Shown one piece after another: positions 32,881-52,653 of a stretch of DNA of 64,000 bases (positions are counted from its first letter, which is position 1; every line of letters begins with the position of its first letter). Both the position numbers and the translations under genes were made by a program. The notes under the pieces are model-generated. The model was not told the DNA's origin and did no database searches. It saw nothing but the letters and a program-made list of their open reading frames with translations. The DNA comes from the human T2T-CHM13v2.0 reference genome, Homo sapiens. The stretch is taken from assembly GCF_009914755.1 (NCBI RefSeq), contig NC_060930.1. One strand, 5' to 3'.

Positions 32881-34391
32881 GTTCATTATTTTTAACATTG
32901 TTTTATGATCATAACCTTTTTTAATGAATATTCTTGGGAACTATGATGTAGGTAGTTGCACGAGAGTCTTCATACAGATGTACCAGCACTGTATTTAACT
33001 TGTCACCAGTTGCAAAGTAGTAGAGAGAATGTATATCTGTGTATATTGATTATATTCAAACCAGTTTTTCCTCCAAAGTATACAATTCAAATTTGAACTA
33101 CAAATTTTGCCTCATCAAATAAGTCCTCAGTAATTGTGTGATACAGCTTAGTTTAACGTAATCTGTTGATGATGTCAAAGCTCTGCTTTTAACACAAGGC
33201 TGAAATTTTGTACCCAAAACCATGCTTCAGGACCATAAAGTAACAGGATGCTGTTAGCGACTCGGGTTCAGATAGAATCTCCTGTGGTCACTGAATGATT
33301 TTCACACACAATTTTGGTCTCCATGACTGTGTGTTCAGTAGTGAAAGCCAAAGGTCAATGTGCTTCCTCCTTATAAATAACCAGTTACATGGGTGGCCTA
33401 AAAATAAGTTCTTCTTGGCCAAGACAGGTTAATGAAAGCCAGTTTGGTATCCTGTCATGCAGTATAGCTATTTTAGTGTCTCAGTGTAGCTAATTTGTCA
33501 GCCTTGCCTGGACATTAGCACATATTTAGATCTTGATGTTCTAACTAATGAATGACAGCTAAGGAATGTGTAGCTTCCTGGTAAAGAATTGATTGCATTA
33601 TCACTGATTAGGTTGGGGGAATTGGAATTTAGTATCTTTGTGTATAGGAGCAGGAAAGGTAAATTATGTTTTAAAATTCACTGAAGGATTGTAGGAGAAG
33701 AGAAAGGAAGAGGAAATTGTGGCAGGAACATAACCAAACTAAACAAAACCATTGCCCAGCCTGGGATTATAATTGTAATGGAGTACAATTAACGTATTTG
33801 AGTCAGGTTATTCAAAAGGTTATGGCTACAGTAGTTTAAAACAGAAAATACGAAAGAAAAATAGCAGGGCATCAAAGTTAGTGATATCAGTTGGCCTTAT
33901 TTTAAGAGGCTTATAACCACACCTGAAAATTTCCAATTACCAGTCTAGAAATTTCCATAGACATTGACTATATCTGAGGAGGGGAGGAGTAATTCAGTGC
34001 TGTAATTTAAATTTAAAAACATTCAGAAGACTGAAAGCACAAATATTCAAAGTAACAGATGGTAGCCTCCTCTCAGAGGCAATAAAAAGACTTTACAATC
34101 CTCACCAGAAGTGTATTTAGTTATAATTTAGTTTTGCAGTTTCTTTTTAAGTATATTCCATTACAGTAGGAATTTTCTCTATTCTTGTCAAGCTTCTTGT
34201 CTCTCTTAAACCTCAAAGTATATGAAAAGCATTCTATTCATGTTCTTTTATCATAATACTGGGAGTATCTTGTCCAGAACTTGACCAGAAATTCTTATAC
34301 ACTTTCTTCTAGACTGTAGTCCCAAATCCTTAGAAGACTGTTTCAAGGGCTTTACCTCCACTCCCACATTACAACCTTCCAGCCTGAATTA

Positions 34392-40637
<6,246 letters not shown>

Positions 40638-42120
40638 ACAAAGCCTAATTTTTGAAATTAAGTTCAATAGAAATAAAGTTACCCTGTCAAATCGCTGTAA
40701 AAGTTTTTAAATGCTTGCTCTCAGTTTCTATGCTTATCTCCTCTCAGACCAGTAACAGTTCATAGATTGGCACCAGTTCACAGACTACACTTAGAGTAGC
40801 ATTAGTCTGGGGAACAACATCTCTTGAAGTAGCCATCAGAATGAAAAGGAAGGGCAGATTTTCAGTAAAGTATTGCATAATCATATTTTATGATTCACTT
40901 TTACTAAACTCATGGAAGGATGAAATATAAGCCCAAATGCCAGTGCCTTTGTAATGGAATAATTCCTTTACAGGATCAGAACACGTAGGAAGCCAAATTA
41001 ATAATTGAAAGCTTGTTTGTTTAGCAAAGAACCAGAGCATAAGAAAGTAAATAACCTTAAGGGATATTTCAAGGCCATGAGTACAGCCTAACAGAGTGAT
41101 GGAAGCAGGGACTCTTGCAGTTAAGCCACTGGAATTTGAATTCCAGCTGCATCACATAATACTTGTATGACCCTAAGCTTTCTGAGGCTGCATGTCCTGA
41201 TTTTTATAATGGGAGTAATATCAATCTGGAGAGATTTATGAAAGGTTTAATATAGTGCTTAATACCCAACACATAGTAAGCACTCAATAAATGTCAGTCA
41301 ATGTTATTAATACTATCCTATAATAAGGTATATTTCTACAACAACCAGCACATTCAGTACAGATTCAATGCCTCTTCCCTAGACAGTGCCTGATAAACAC
41401 TGACAACCTTCATATCTTTAGACCTTTCTATTCTGTGTACCCAGTCATCATCTTCCTTCTGTTCTCACAATCTTCCTCTGGGCAGATAAAATAAAATTGA
41501 TTTTGTTTCCGCTTACAATCACATTCCAGGGCACTTACAATCACAACCCAGGTGACTTAGGTTATACCCAAGTCACCTTGGGTTTTAGATGTTTCCAAAC
41601 GTTTAGAGGTGATTTCTTGGTTTATAGCCACAAACATGATACATAAACAACTTTAATTTCCCAGGGAGCTTCTCACTGGTTGGGCATTATATTCTCACAT
41701 TTGATGGCAAACAAATACACATTGAAAGTAAATTATAATCAGATCAACTATCCAAGAACATGGAATCAGAACGAAAGTGATTATAAAGTTTTTGACAGCT
41801 GCTGTCAGGTTAGGATAACCTGGTGCTTCTATCTCTGCTGCAGAGAGTACAATAAGGCTACAGACCTATCGGTGCAACCTCTTTGAGCATTTATCTGAAA
41901 TGATTTTTCCCCAACTGTAAGAGTATCATTTTTGGAAAAAAAATACAAAATATAGGAAGTTATAAATAAAAAATTGTTTATCATCACATCACCCAGTGAC
42001 ACCCATAAAGTATTTAAATGTCAGTTATTACCTGTTAACATTTTAGTTTATTTCTTTCTATTTTTATAGCATTTCTTTTTATTTAACATTACAATTATTT
42101 ATTTATCTTAAAGACATTAA

Positions 42121-42311
<191 letters not shown>

Positions 42312-43934
42312 TAGTAGAGACAGCGTTTCTCCATGTTGGTCAGGCTGGTCTTGAACTCCCGACCTCAAGTGATCCAACTGTCTTGGCCTCCCAAAGTGCT
42401 GGGATTACAGGCGTGAGCCACCTTGACTGGCAAGATACTTTTAATATCCGAAAAGTATTTCATTATATAGATACTTCAAGTGATATCACCCACTATGAGT
42501 TGATTTTTTAACTAATTTCTATCTCAGAGTCTGAGTATTCTAATAAATTCAACAAAACAGTGCAAATATGTGTTTAGCACATGGCTTGGAAAACAACAAG
42601 AGCACAATAAGTTTTAGCTATTCTTGCTGTTATTGTAATCTATCAAGAGTTTAATTGTTCTCTTAATACCTAAATATACAACTTTTAGGAGTCCCGCTGC
42701 TATATTCTCAAAACCCTCAGAAATAGTGTCTTTCTCTAAGCATACTTTGAGTGCCTTTATTTATTTTAAGTTTCTGGTTTATTCCCTACAAACATATTGC
42801 TAATGAAAATGTGAAATTATGGAACTTTTCATCAGTGTGCCTATACATTCAGCACCATAGCATAAAACAGGCTCAAAACCATGGCCTTATATCTCTGTTT
42901 GGCCTTTGACAATTTTTAGAGGCAGTGTGGCATTTTGTGATGTAAAACTTCTCCATTTTATTTCCATATTTCTAATCTCTCCACTTTTCTCTGCCTCCAC
43001 TGTCCTGATCATAGTCAACACCAACATTGTCTTCCATTTGACAAGGCAGGAAATCTCAAGTGTTTCACCCTGTTAAAATAATTCTACTCTAGGGCCTTCT
43101 CCAATCCATTCTCCACAGAACAGAAAAACAATTCTCTTAAAACAAATTTCCTGATATGTGGTGTGATTCACTGTCAGCAAAATAAATCCAAATCCTTTCC
43201 ATGGCCTACAAGGTCCTACGTGATCCAGTCCCTGCTAGATGTCCAGGCTTATTTCCTTCCCTTGTATTGCTGCAGTCCCTCAGGTCTTCCAACTCCTTGA
43301 GTACCAACCAAACTCCCACCTGAAATTCTGTGTTGTCATTTCCTCCACCAAAAATATCTCTCTTCCTCCCCCTCTTTTTGTGATTCATTCTCATCATTTA
43401 GATCTGGATCTCCTGGGAGACACCACCCCTGACTTCACTGTCTAAAGTAAGTCACCCCAGCCATTCTGTTGACCTCCTTCACAGCACAGATTATAAATAT
43501 ATTCTATGCGTATTTACTTGTTATTTTCTCTCTTTTCTCACCTGTATATAAATTTCATTGGGGCAGAAAACATGTTTATGTTATTCATAAGATAGCAGAG
43601 TGCCTGGCATATGCTAGGCATTTAACACATATGTGTTGGGGAAGGAGGGAAGGTTGACAGCCACAGCTATGGATGTAGGTGAAAACCCCAAGGAAAGTGG
43701 AAAGTGAGTCCAGGAGGCCCTAGGACAAAACTCCAGTGAACACCATTGTTAACGGGATTGAGAGACTAAGAACCCTGCAAAGAAAACTTAGAAAAACTGG
43801 GAATAGGATGCCCTAATAGAATTTTATGTGGGAAAGTAATATGATAGTATGCAAATAAATAGTGGTTGAGTATTTACTATGTGCATTAATATGTCTGAGG
43901 ATTAAAGAAATACATTATAGGACAACTATATTTA

Positions 43935-44334
<400 letters not shown>

Positions 44335-45874
44335 CTAGTTAAAAAGCAACTGTGTTAGGATAAGAAAAAAGCATGACTGTTGTAGCTTTTGTTAAATAAA
44401 TGTTATTATGCTTGCAGGAAATTGTTCAACAACATTTCTCCTTATGTAAGGCCTGCCCCAGTAATGCTGCTTAGGTCACTGTCTGTCTGGATTATCTGCA
44501 GCCTAAATGCCAACTCTGTAAATTAAACCTGTCAAGTGACAGCTTTGCCATAGCATGCATATCCAACCTTTAAAATTTATTTATACTCCATTCCCTTTCT
44601 CTAGCCAGATTAAATTCTCCTTTCCTAAGCTATTTTTGCCTCAGTTCAGACTGTGGCATAATTCAACATGTTCTAAACAATCACATGGAGACTGTGGCCT
44701 TCCTGATTTTCAATTCCCAAATGATTTTTATTCAGGCTATAGAACAGCAACAGAAATTTCACCAAATTTGCTAAAATAAGAAGAGTCTTCTCAAACTAGA
44801 TTCCTCCAGGTACCAGTAGGCAAAACAGTCATGAGTTATGGATAGATTCATAATAAGTCCTTTATTCAGTGCCCCAAGGAAATGGTGCCTTTCAGCATGC
44901 AAATGAAAAGTATTCTCTTACTAATCAATCTGTCCATCATTTCTTTTTTGTTTTTCCTTGAGAGAGAGGGTCTTTGGTCTGTTGCCCCAGATGGAGTGCA
45001 GTGGCATGATCACAGCTCACTGCAGCCCTAACAACTCCTGGGCTCAAGCAATCCTCCCACCTCAACCTCCGAGGGAGCTACAACTACAGGAATGCACCAT
45101 CATGCCCAGATAATTTTTTTTTTTTTGTAGAGACAGGGTCTGACTGTGTTGCCCAGGCGGTATCTGTCACATCTTAATACACACACTAAGCTCCTACAGA
45201 AGTAAATACTATATTAAGCGGCAGAGTTACTAATGTGAATACACATTCTCATTTGATTTGGAGACTACCTAGACAACTTTCAGGTTTATATTTAAATTGA
45301 TTACAATTAGACATGAAAAAGGGACAGAGAATGGGCATAATAGAGATCGATTCAAGAGAATTGTTTCTTAAAATAGACTTTAAAAAAAAAAGTTGTTCAA
45401 AACTGCCTTAATCAATTTTACAGAGAAAATATTACCTCAAATGGTTTGATATGATGACTTGATAAGATGTTACTTCTGATCCAGCAGGATTCATTTATTA
45501 ATATAAATATTTACATCTGTAGTACCCTCCTAGGTGGGTGACTGTTTCTATATGTCTGACTCAACAAAACACAGTAGCCCACAGGCAGCTATTGGCCTTT
45601 GGACTTTGTCCTTAGGCCAGATTCCTTAAAAGGCTTGTTGTGACAAGCTTATTTGCTCATTGGAAATTTCTGTGTCTAAATTTCCCACAGAAATTAGGAT
45701 GTAGCTCTGCTACAGCATTTTGATTATTCATCAAAACTTACTCAAAAGACTTTTGATAAATCTTTAAATCAATGTCTTAAGGAAGAAAATTAAGTCACTT
45801 TTTAATATAGAGCATGTTTTAGTTTTGAACAATATTTAAGCACTGCAAATTATATGTTCATAGAGATTTAAGCA

Positions 45875-48641
45875 TAGGCATACCTTGGAGATATTGCAAG
45901 TTCAGCTCCAGACCACCACAATAAAACAGGTATTACAATAAAGGAAGCCACATGCATTTTTTGGTTTCCCATTTACACTACATTGTTGTCTGTTAAATGT
46001 GCATAGCACTATGTCTAAAAAATGTACATACCTGTTTTGTCCCACTGAACCCATAGCTGGAGTTGCCTTAAAAGCAGCAGCAGGAGAATTCGTACAACAG
46101 AGTACCCCAAACCATTTGAAGACAGGGCTGGTTTGAGATTTCAAAGAAAGCAGCTCTAAATGCCAGAGTGATCAGTCCAAAACATTTATTAAAGGAACTT
46201 GCAGGGTGTTGCAATGTATTATTGTGATGGACAGCAAGAGAAAAGGGATGTTTTACCCACATTAGTCTGTAGCCAGGGGGTGAGGGGATGGAGTTTACAT
46301 GAAAATTTAAGGAATTCGGCTCAGGGTCGGGGTCAGTTTCTTTCCAGTAAACCAAGACATTATTATCAGTGCCTGGGAATGTTCAAGCTGGTTTGGGTTC
46401 AAGCCAGCTGAGGAAAACCTATGGCTACAGCTGGCTGGGTCACTGTGATTTTGGTCAAGACACAGAAAGGAAGTGGGGAAAACGGGTACCCTAGAATACC
46501 TTAATTTAAAAATACTTTTGCTAAAAAATGCTAACAGTCATCTGAGCCTTCAGCAAGTCATAATCTTTGCTGTTGGAGAATCCTGCCTCAGTGATGATGG
46601 CAGCTGACTGATCAGGGAGGTAGTTGCTGAAGGTTAAGGTGGCTGTGGCAATTTCTTGAAATAAGACAATGGAGTTTGCTGCATTGATGACTCCACAAAA
46701 AATTTCTCTGTAGCAGGCAGTGCTGTTTGATAGTATTTTACACACAAGAGAACTCCTTTCAAAGTTGCAATCAGTCCTCTTAAAACTCACCCACTGCTTT
46801 ATCAGCTAAGTTTATGTGATATTCTAAATCCTTTATCATTTCAACAATGCTTACGGCATCTTCACCAGCAGTAGATTCTATCTCAAGAAACCACTCTCTT
46901 TTCTCCTTCATAAGAAGCAACTCCTCATTCATTCAAGTTTGATCATAAAATTGCAGCGATTTAGTCAACTCTTCAGACTCTGTTTCTAACTCCAATTGTC
47001 TTGCTATTTTCACCATATTTGTAGTGATTTCCTCCACTGAAGTCTTGAACGCCCTCAAGGTCATCCATGAGAGTTGGAGTTAACTTCTTTCAAACTCCTG
47101 TTCATGCTGATACTTTTACCTCCTCTCATGAATGTTCTTAATGGCATCTAGAATCCTTTCCAGAATGTTTTTGGTTTACTTTGCTTAGATCCATCAGAGG
47201 AATCACCATCTACAGCAATTTATAACCTTATGAAATGTACTTGTTAAATATTAAAACCTGAAAGTCAAAATTATTCCTTGATCCATGGGTTGCAGAATGG
47301 ATGCTGTGTTAGAAGGCATGAAAACAATATTACTCTCCTTGTACATCTCCATCAGAGCATTTCAGTGACCATGTGCATTGTCAAGGAGCAATAGTATTTT
47401 TAAATAAATCACGTTTTATCAGTAGGTCTCAACAGTGGACTTAAAATATTTAGTGAGCCATGCTAAACAGATGTGCTGTCAACCAGGTTTTGTTCTTCCA
47501 CTTATAGAGCACAGCAGAGTAGATTTAGCATAATTTTTAAGGGTCCTAGGATTTTCAGAATGGTAAATGAACATCTGCTTCAACTTAAAGTCACCAGCCA
47601 CATCAGCCCCTAACAAGAGAACTGCCTGTCCTTCGAAGCTTTGAAGCCAAGCATTGACTTCTATAGCTATGAAAGTCTTGGACAGCATCTTCTTCCAGTA
47701 TAAGACTGTTTTGTCTACATTGAAAATCTGTTATTTAGTGTAGCCACCTTCATCAATGTTCTTGGCTAAATCTTCTCAATAACTTGCTGCAGCTTCTCCA
47801 TCAGCACTTACTGCTTCACCTTTCATTTTTATGTTAGGGAGAGGGCTTCTACTCTTAAACCTCATGAATCCACCTCTGCTATCTTCAGACTTTTCTTCTA
47901 CAACTTCCTCACCTCTCTCAGCCTTCATAAAAATGAAGAGAGTTAAGGCCTTGCTCTGAATTAGGCTTTGACTTAAGAGAATGCTGTGGCTGGTTTTCTA
48001 TCCAGAACTCTAAAACTTTCTCCTTATCAACAATGAGGCTGTTTCACTTTCTTATCATTCCTGTGTTCACTGGAGTGGCACTTTTAACTTCCTTCAAGAG
48101 CTTTTCCTTGGCATTCACAACTTGACTGTTTTGGGTATGAGGCCTAGTTTTCGGCCTATCTCTGCTTTCAACTTGCCTTACTCAGCTTAATCATTTTTAG
48201 CTTTGATTTAAAGTGAGAGATGAATGACTCTTCCTTTCACTTGAACACTCAGAGGCCACTGTAGGGTTATTAATTGGCCTAATTTCAGTATTGCTGTGTC
48301 TCACTGAGGGACTGGCCCATCAGCGGAGCAGTCAGAATATATTCAACATTTATCAAATAAGTTTGCCATCTTAAATGGGTACAGTTTGTGGTGGCCCAAA
48401 ACAATTCCAATAACAATATCAAAGATCACTGTTCACAAATTGCCATAACAAATGCAATAATAATTTAAAAGTTTGAAATATTGGGAGAATTACCAAGATG
48501 TAACACAGAGACATGAAATGAGCACATGCTATTGGAAAAATGGCTCTGATAGACTTGCTCGACAAAAAGCTGTCACAAACCATCATTTTGTTAAAAAAAA
48601 AAAACAATATTTGCAAAGCACAATAAATGAAGGTATGCCTG
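45875..48641 (-). mobile_element. Near-full-length Tigger1 (TcMar-Tigger DNA transposon), degenerate
   Basis: Termini (T)AGGCATACCT ... AGGTATGCCTG followed by TA. Transposase remnant [35 protein letters not shown] at 47479-47688 on the minus strand. Confidence 0.93.
46033..46495 (-). mobile_element. Solo LTR (ERVL class, LTR47-like) nested in Tigger1
   Basis: Interrupts contiguous Tigger1 sequence. 5-bp TSD ATACC at 46028-46032 and 46496-46500; minus-strand AATAAA near 46185. Family call from recall. Confidence 0.7.
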
Positions 48642-50101
48642 TATACTACATATTTATTTTTAATAATCATATAAGAAAATTAATTGGATATAAAATAGGC
48701 TGTTCTAAAACAGCAAGAGGGAAATAAACTTTAACAATGCTGACAGCAGCCATGGCATACTTGAATTTTTAGGACTCTTGTTAAATATGGGTATGGGAAC
48801 TTACCCTCTGCACTAGTATCCAGACACTTACTAGATTATGGCCCATTGGGGTATTTGCCTCTATTACATATATTTGCTAGACTGTCATTATACCTTGCAA
48901 TCTAGTGTCTTTTTCTAGGTTGATATTGTCACGTTTAATCTATTATGGCAATGATATTACTCTTGCTATGTTAAATGTTTTTATCAGACTTCCTTGTAGC
49001 CCCAACCAATCTGAGAAGATTGAAAATCAAGGAATCCTTCACTCCTTTTGTAAACTTGGTAAAATGGAATCAATGTTTACTAGATCTGCTGTTCTTGTGA
49101 AGATTTCTCTGTTCTTCTTCATCAAGATTTGCCAATCTTCCTCTGCACTCTTGCCTTCTGCAGTCTTTCCTCTTCCATAAAAATATCGCTTATAATATTC
49201 TTTTTTTGAAATGAAGTCTCACTCTGTCTCCCAGGCTAGAGTGCAGTGCCATGATCTCGGCTCACTGCAGCCTCTGCCTCCCAGCTTTCCAGTGATTCTC
49301 CTTCTTCAGCCTCCCAAGTAACTGGGATTAGAGGTGCCTGCCACCATGCCCAGCTAATTTTTTGTATTTTTAGTAGAGATGGGTTTCACCATGTTGACCA
49401 GGCTGGTCTTGAACTCCTAACTCCTAATCTCAGGTGATCCACCCACCTTGGTCTCCCAAAGTACTGGGATTACAGGCATGAGCCTGTATGCCACCATGCT
49501 CAACTTCCTTATAATATTCTTCTAGTCTTATTTCCCAACTGCTGGCTTTTATATTTTGAATTGTCAATAGAAAGCCCTGCCTATCGTGATGAGGTTAAGG
49601 ACACATGTTTTGCTGAGAGAAGTAACTTCCAGCTGAGAATCTTGTTTAGCAGGAGAGAAAATCCTCTATTTTAGAGCCTCTCCTGGAGCTTAGAGTAAGC
49701 ATTGGCTTTTAGAGGTGTTTTCTCCCTTTTTGATGTCTGGAAGCACTATTTTCAAGTCTGTTAGAGACCCACTTTAAATAAGTACAGGTGCTAATGCTCT
49801 GAGTGCAAGTCTGTAAGGGTTAGTGAGTCCTCAAATCACAGAAGTCTCCTGACCAATGCTGGGATGTTCTACTGTTCTCCAAGAATCTGCAGCTTAAAAG
49901 TATTAAACTAAATACAGCAGACACCCTCAGCATAGCAGTGAACCACAATGGCAGCTGACAAGCAGGAACATTTAATGGATTGGTCAGCAAGACCACACTT
50001 ATATCTTGTTTAAAATGTGTCCTTTCCTTTGGGAGACTGAGGCAGGCAGATCTCTTGAGGTCAGGAGTTCAAAACTAGCCTAGTCAACATGGAGTTTTCT
50101 A

Positions 50102-50452
<351 letters not shown>

Positions 50453-52284
50453 TCAGCACTGCTTGTGGTAATTACAGGATCTGTGGATCACAAGGCTCAC
50501 AACTTGTATCACAAGTTCTACAAGAAAATTGGCTAACACATATTTGGCTCTGTTAATCATTTGCTGAGTTTATATCTTGTCCCACCAAATGTATTTTTTG
50601 AAATGCCATTACATGAAAAAGTTTCACTATTCCAATTATCTGTGTTTACCAACTTGTGGAGTAAGAGTGGCTGACTGAATATGTGCTTTTTAACTACACT
50701 ATTATATACATTGGCCAAGCTTTTTATATTAACCCTACCCATGAAGTATCACCAATATTTCCCCCAGTGTGAAATTGACATTTGTCAAAAGCCTTTTGCC
50801 ATATAAAAGTTTTTAGTTCTTATATATGAAATCTGTCCCTTTTTTTCGACATGAGTTCCCCAGCCTGCTTAGCTTTGCCCCTACCACCCAAGATTTTTAA
50901 GCTTTCTATATTTTCTTAGAATTTAAGATTTTAAAGTCTTTACTTTTTTAAATCATTTATTTGTAAAGGGACATATTTCTCAAGTGTGCTAGTTTTCCTT
51001 GATTTTAATGGATTAAAATGTGTCGTAGGTGAGCCATTTTCTTCCAAATGACGAAGAGTTTTTGTTCCTTTGAAAGTCTGGCCCAGGATTTTGTTTGTTT
51101 TTGTTTTTTTAAAGTTCTTATTTTACTTACAGAGTTAAGAAAGTTGAATAACTATACAACCAGTCTCTAAATAGAAGTTCTAATAAATCCTAAGATGTTG
51201 CAGGGCACTGAAAGAGGACAAAATTTGATCCCTAAAGCCCTCTCCAATCTCATACTCGGTGAAAATAACAAACAAAAGGCTTCAGTGTTAGTGGAAAACT
51301 GAGTTCTTAAAAAGCAGGTAAAGGTCCTGTTTGGTCCTTCTCCAGAGCTGAGGAGAAAGGGTTTTCAGATTATAAATAACAGAGGTGCCCTTGTATGGCA
51401 CAGAATTGCGATAAGACTTTACTTCTTAGGGGCTTAAATAATGAAGTCAGTAAAAGAGGACTGAAAACGAACATAAAGAAGAGCTTTAGCTTTGACGCAA
51501 AGAATTACATCAGTGCTTGACAAAACCGAGGATTCTTAATTTCTAAAAACGCTTTCTTTAAGCACTTCCTAACCTTTCATTATCTGAGACAACATATCAA
51601 GTGAGCAGCAGTACAAAGGATGCATGTGATTTCGAAATGCCACAATTGAGCCAACTGCAGTTGCACGCGTACGTAGTATAGAGAGGTGTGATCAAAAAAA
51701 GAATATAGGGAGCATAGGGCTTCGTCTGCATCAAAAGATACTCTCCCCATCTTCTATAGCCTTAAGTTTTGCGAAGGTAAGTTTCTCCCCGCTTGAAAGC
51801 GCCCCCAGGGACAAGAATTCATCTTGACCAAGCCTAAGGCCGTGGCATGCAAGGTGTTGAGTCACCGGGTACAGCGGTCTTGCGACATAAATATTATTTG
51901 ATGACGAAGGTACTCGGGGCCCAGGTGCCAAGGTAAACCACTGGCAAAGATGACCGTGGTTAAGGCAGTAGAAAGCAGGCTCGACACTGAGACGCGGTTC
52001 CAGCCCTAGAAGGATTGCATTTTACGATTCAGGCAAACTTCGAGTCTCCTCATGTGACATGTGTGCACTCCTGGACCGTTTTAATTATGAGAAACGTGGT
52101 TTGCAGCATGATTCCTTCCAGTCGATAAATCGGAATCTCTCTCGCTCCCACCCCTTCTTAACTTCAGGCTTCCTGCATCCCGGAGCACTCCCGGCAGCCC
52201 CTTCCCTCCCCCGCCCCGGGGATGCTCCGACTCGGCGCTTAGCCATTCATCAACCGGTTCACACCGGCGGCGGCCGCCGCGGAG

Positions 52285-52432
52285 TGACGTCCGGAGGGGG
52301 CGGGCCTCCGCCCCCGCCTGTCGGCTCCTGGCCCGCGGTTCCAGGCCGCGATTGGTGGCTGGAGGGTTGCACGTCGCGCCGGCTATAAAGGGGAGGGCTT
52401 GTGACGCAAGGGCGCCTCGGCGCGTGTATTGG
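52285..52432 (+). promoter_or_regulatory. PTP4A1: PTP4A1 core/proximal promoter with immediate-early architecture
   Basis: CRE-like TGACGTCC 52285, GC box GGGGCGGG near 52297, EGR1 consensus CGCCCCCGC 52309-52317, inverted CCAAT (ATTGG) at 52351 and 52428, TATAAA 52384-52389, TGACGCAA 52402. Confidence 0.88.
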
Positions 52433-52653
52433 CTCCTTCGGCTGCGGGCCGGCTCGGCTACGCGCTCTGCTCCGAGCCGCTCACTGCATGGTAGAGTCTG
52501 GTGCCCCCGCCGCCGCCTGCATCGCCGCCACCGCCGCTCCGCCACGACCACCGCCGCCTCCTGCCCTGCAGCCACCGCCACCGCCTGTGTCGCCGCCGCC
52601 TCGGGACCGGCTGTATGATTAGGCCACAATCTTCAATGAGTAAACATATTCCT
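52410..52653 (+). other. PTP4A1: PTP4A1 exon 1 (5' UTR, GC-rich); TSS position approximate
   Basis: Lies downstream of TATAAA (52384) in the CpG island and ends at donor CCT|GTGAGT (52653/52654). The start is inferred from the TATA position. An Inr-like CTCACT also occurs at 52480-52485. Confidence 0.85.
52488..52622 (+). CDS. Proline-rich upstream ORF (uORF1), 44 aa: MVESGAPAAACIAATAAPPRPPPPPALQPPPPPVSPPPRDRLYD*
   Basis: First ATG after the TATA box (tgcATGG). Its stop TAG (52620-52622) lies just past the uORF2 ATG. Translation is not demonstrable from sequence. Confidence 0.5.
   Translation: MVESGAPAAACIAATAAPPRPPPPPALQPPPPPVSPPPRDRLYD

Noticed and set aside
46521-47688. Transposase-like ORFs as a domesticated TIGD gene
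   Set aside because: Short, frameshifted remnants of Tigger1 with no continuous frame.
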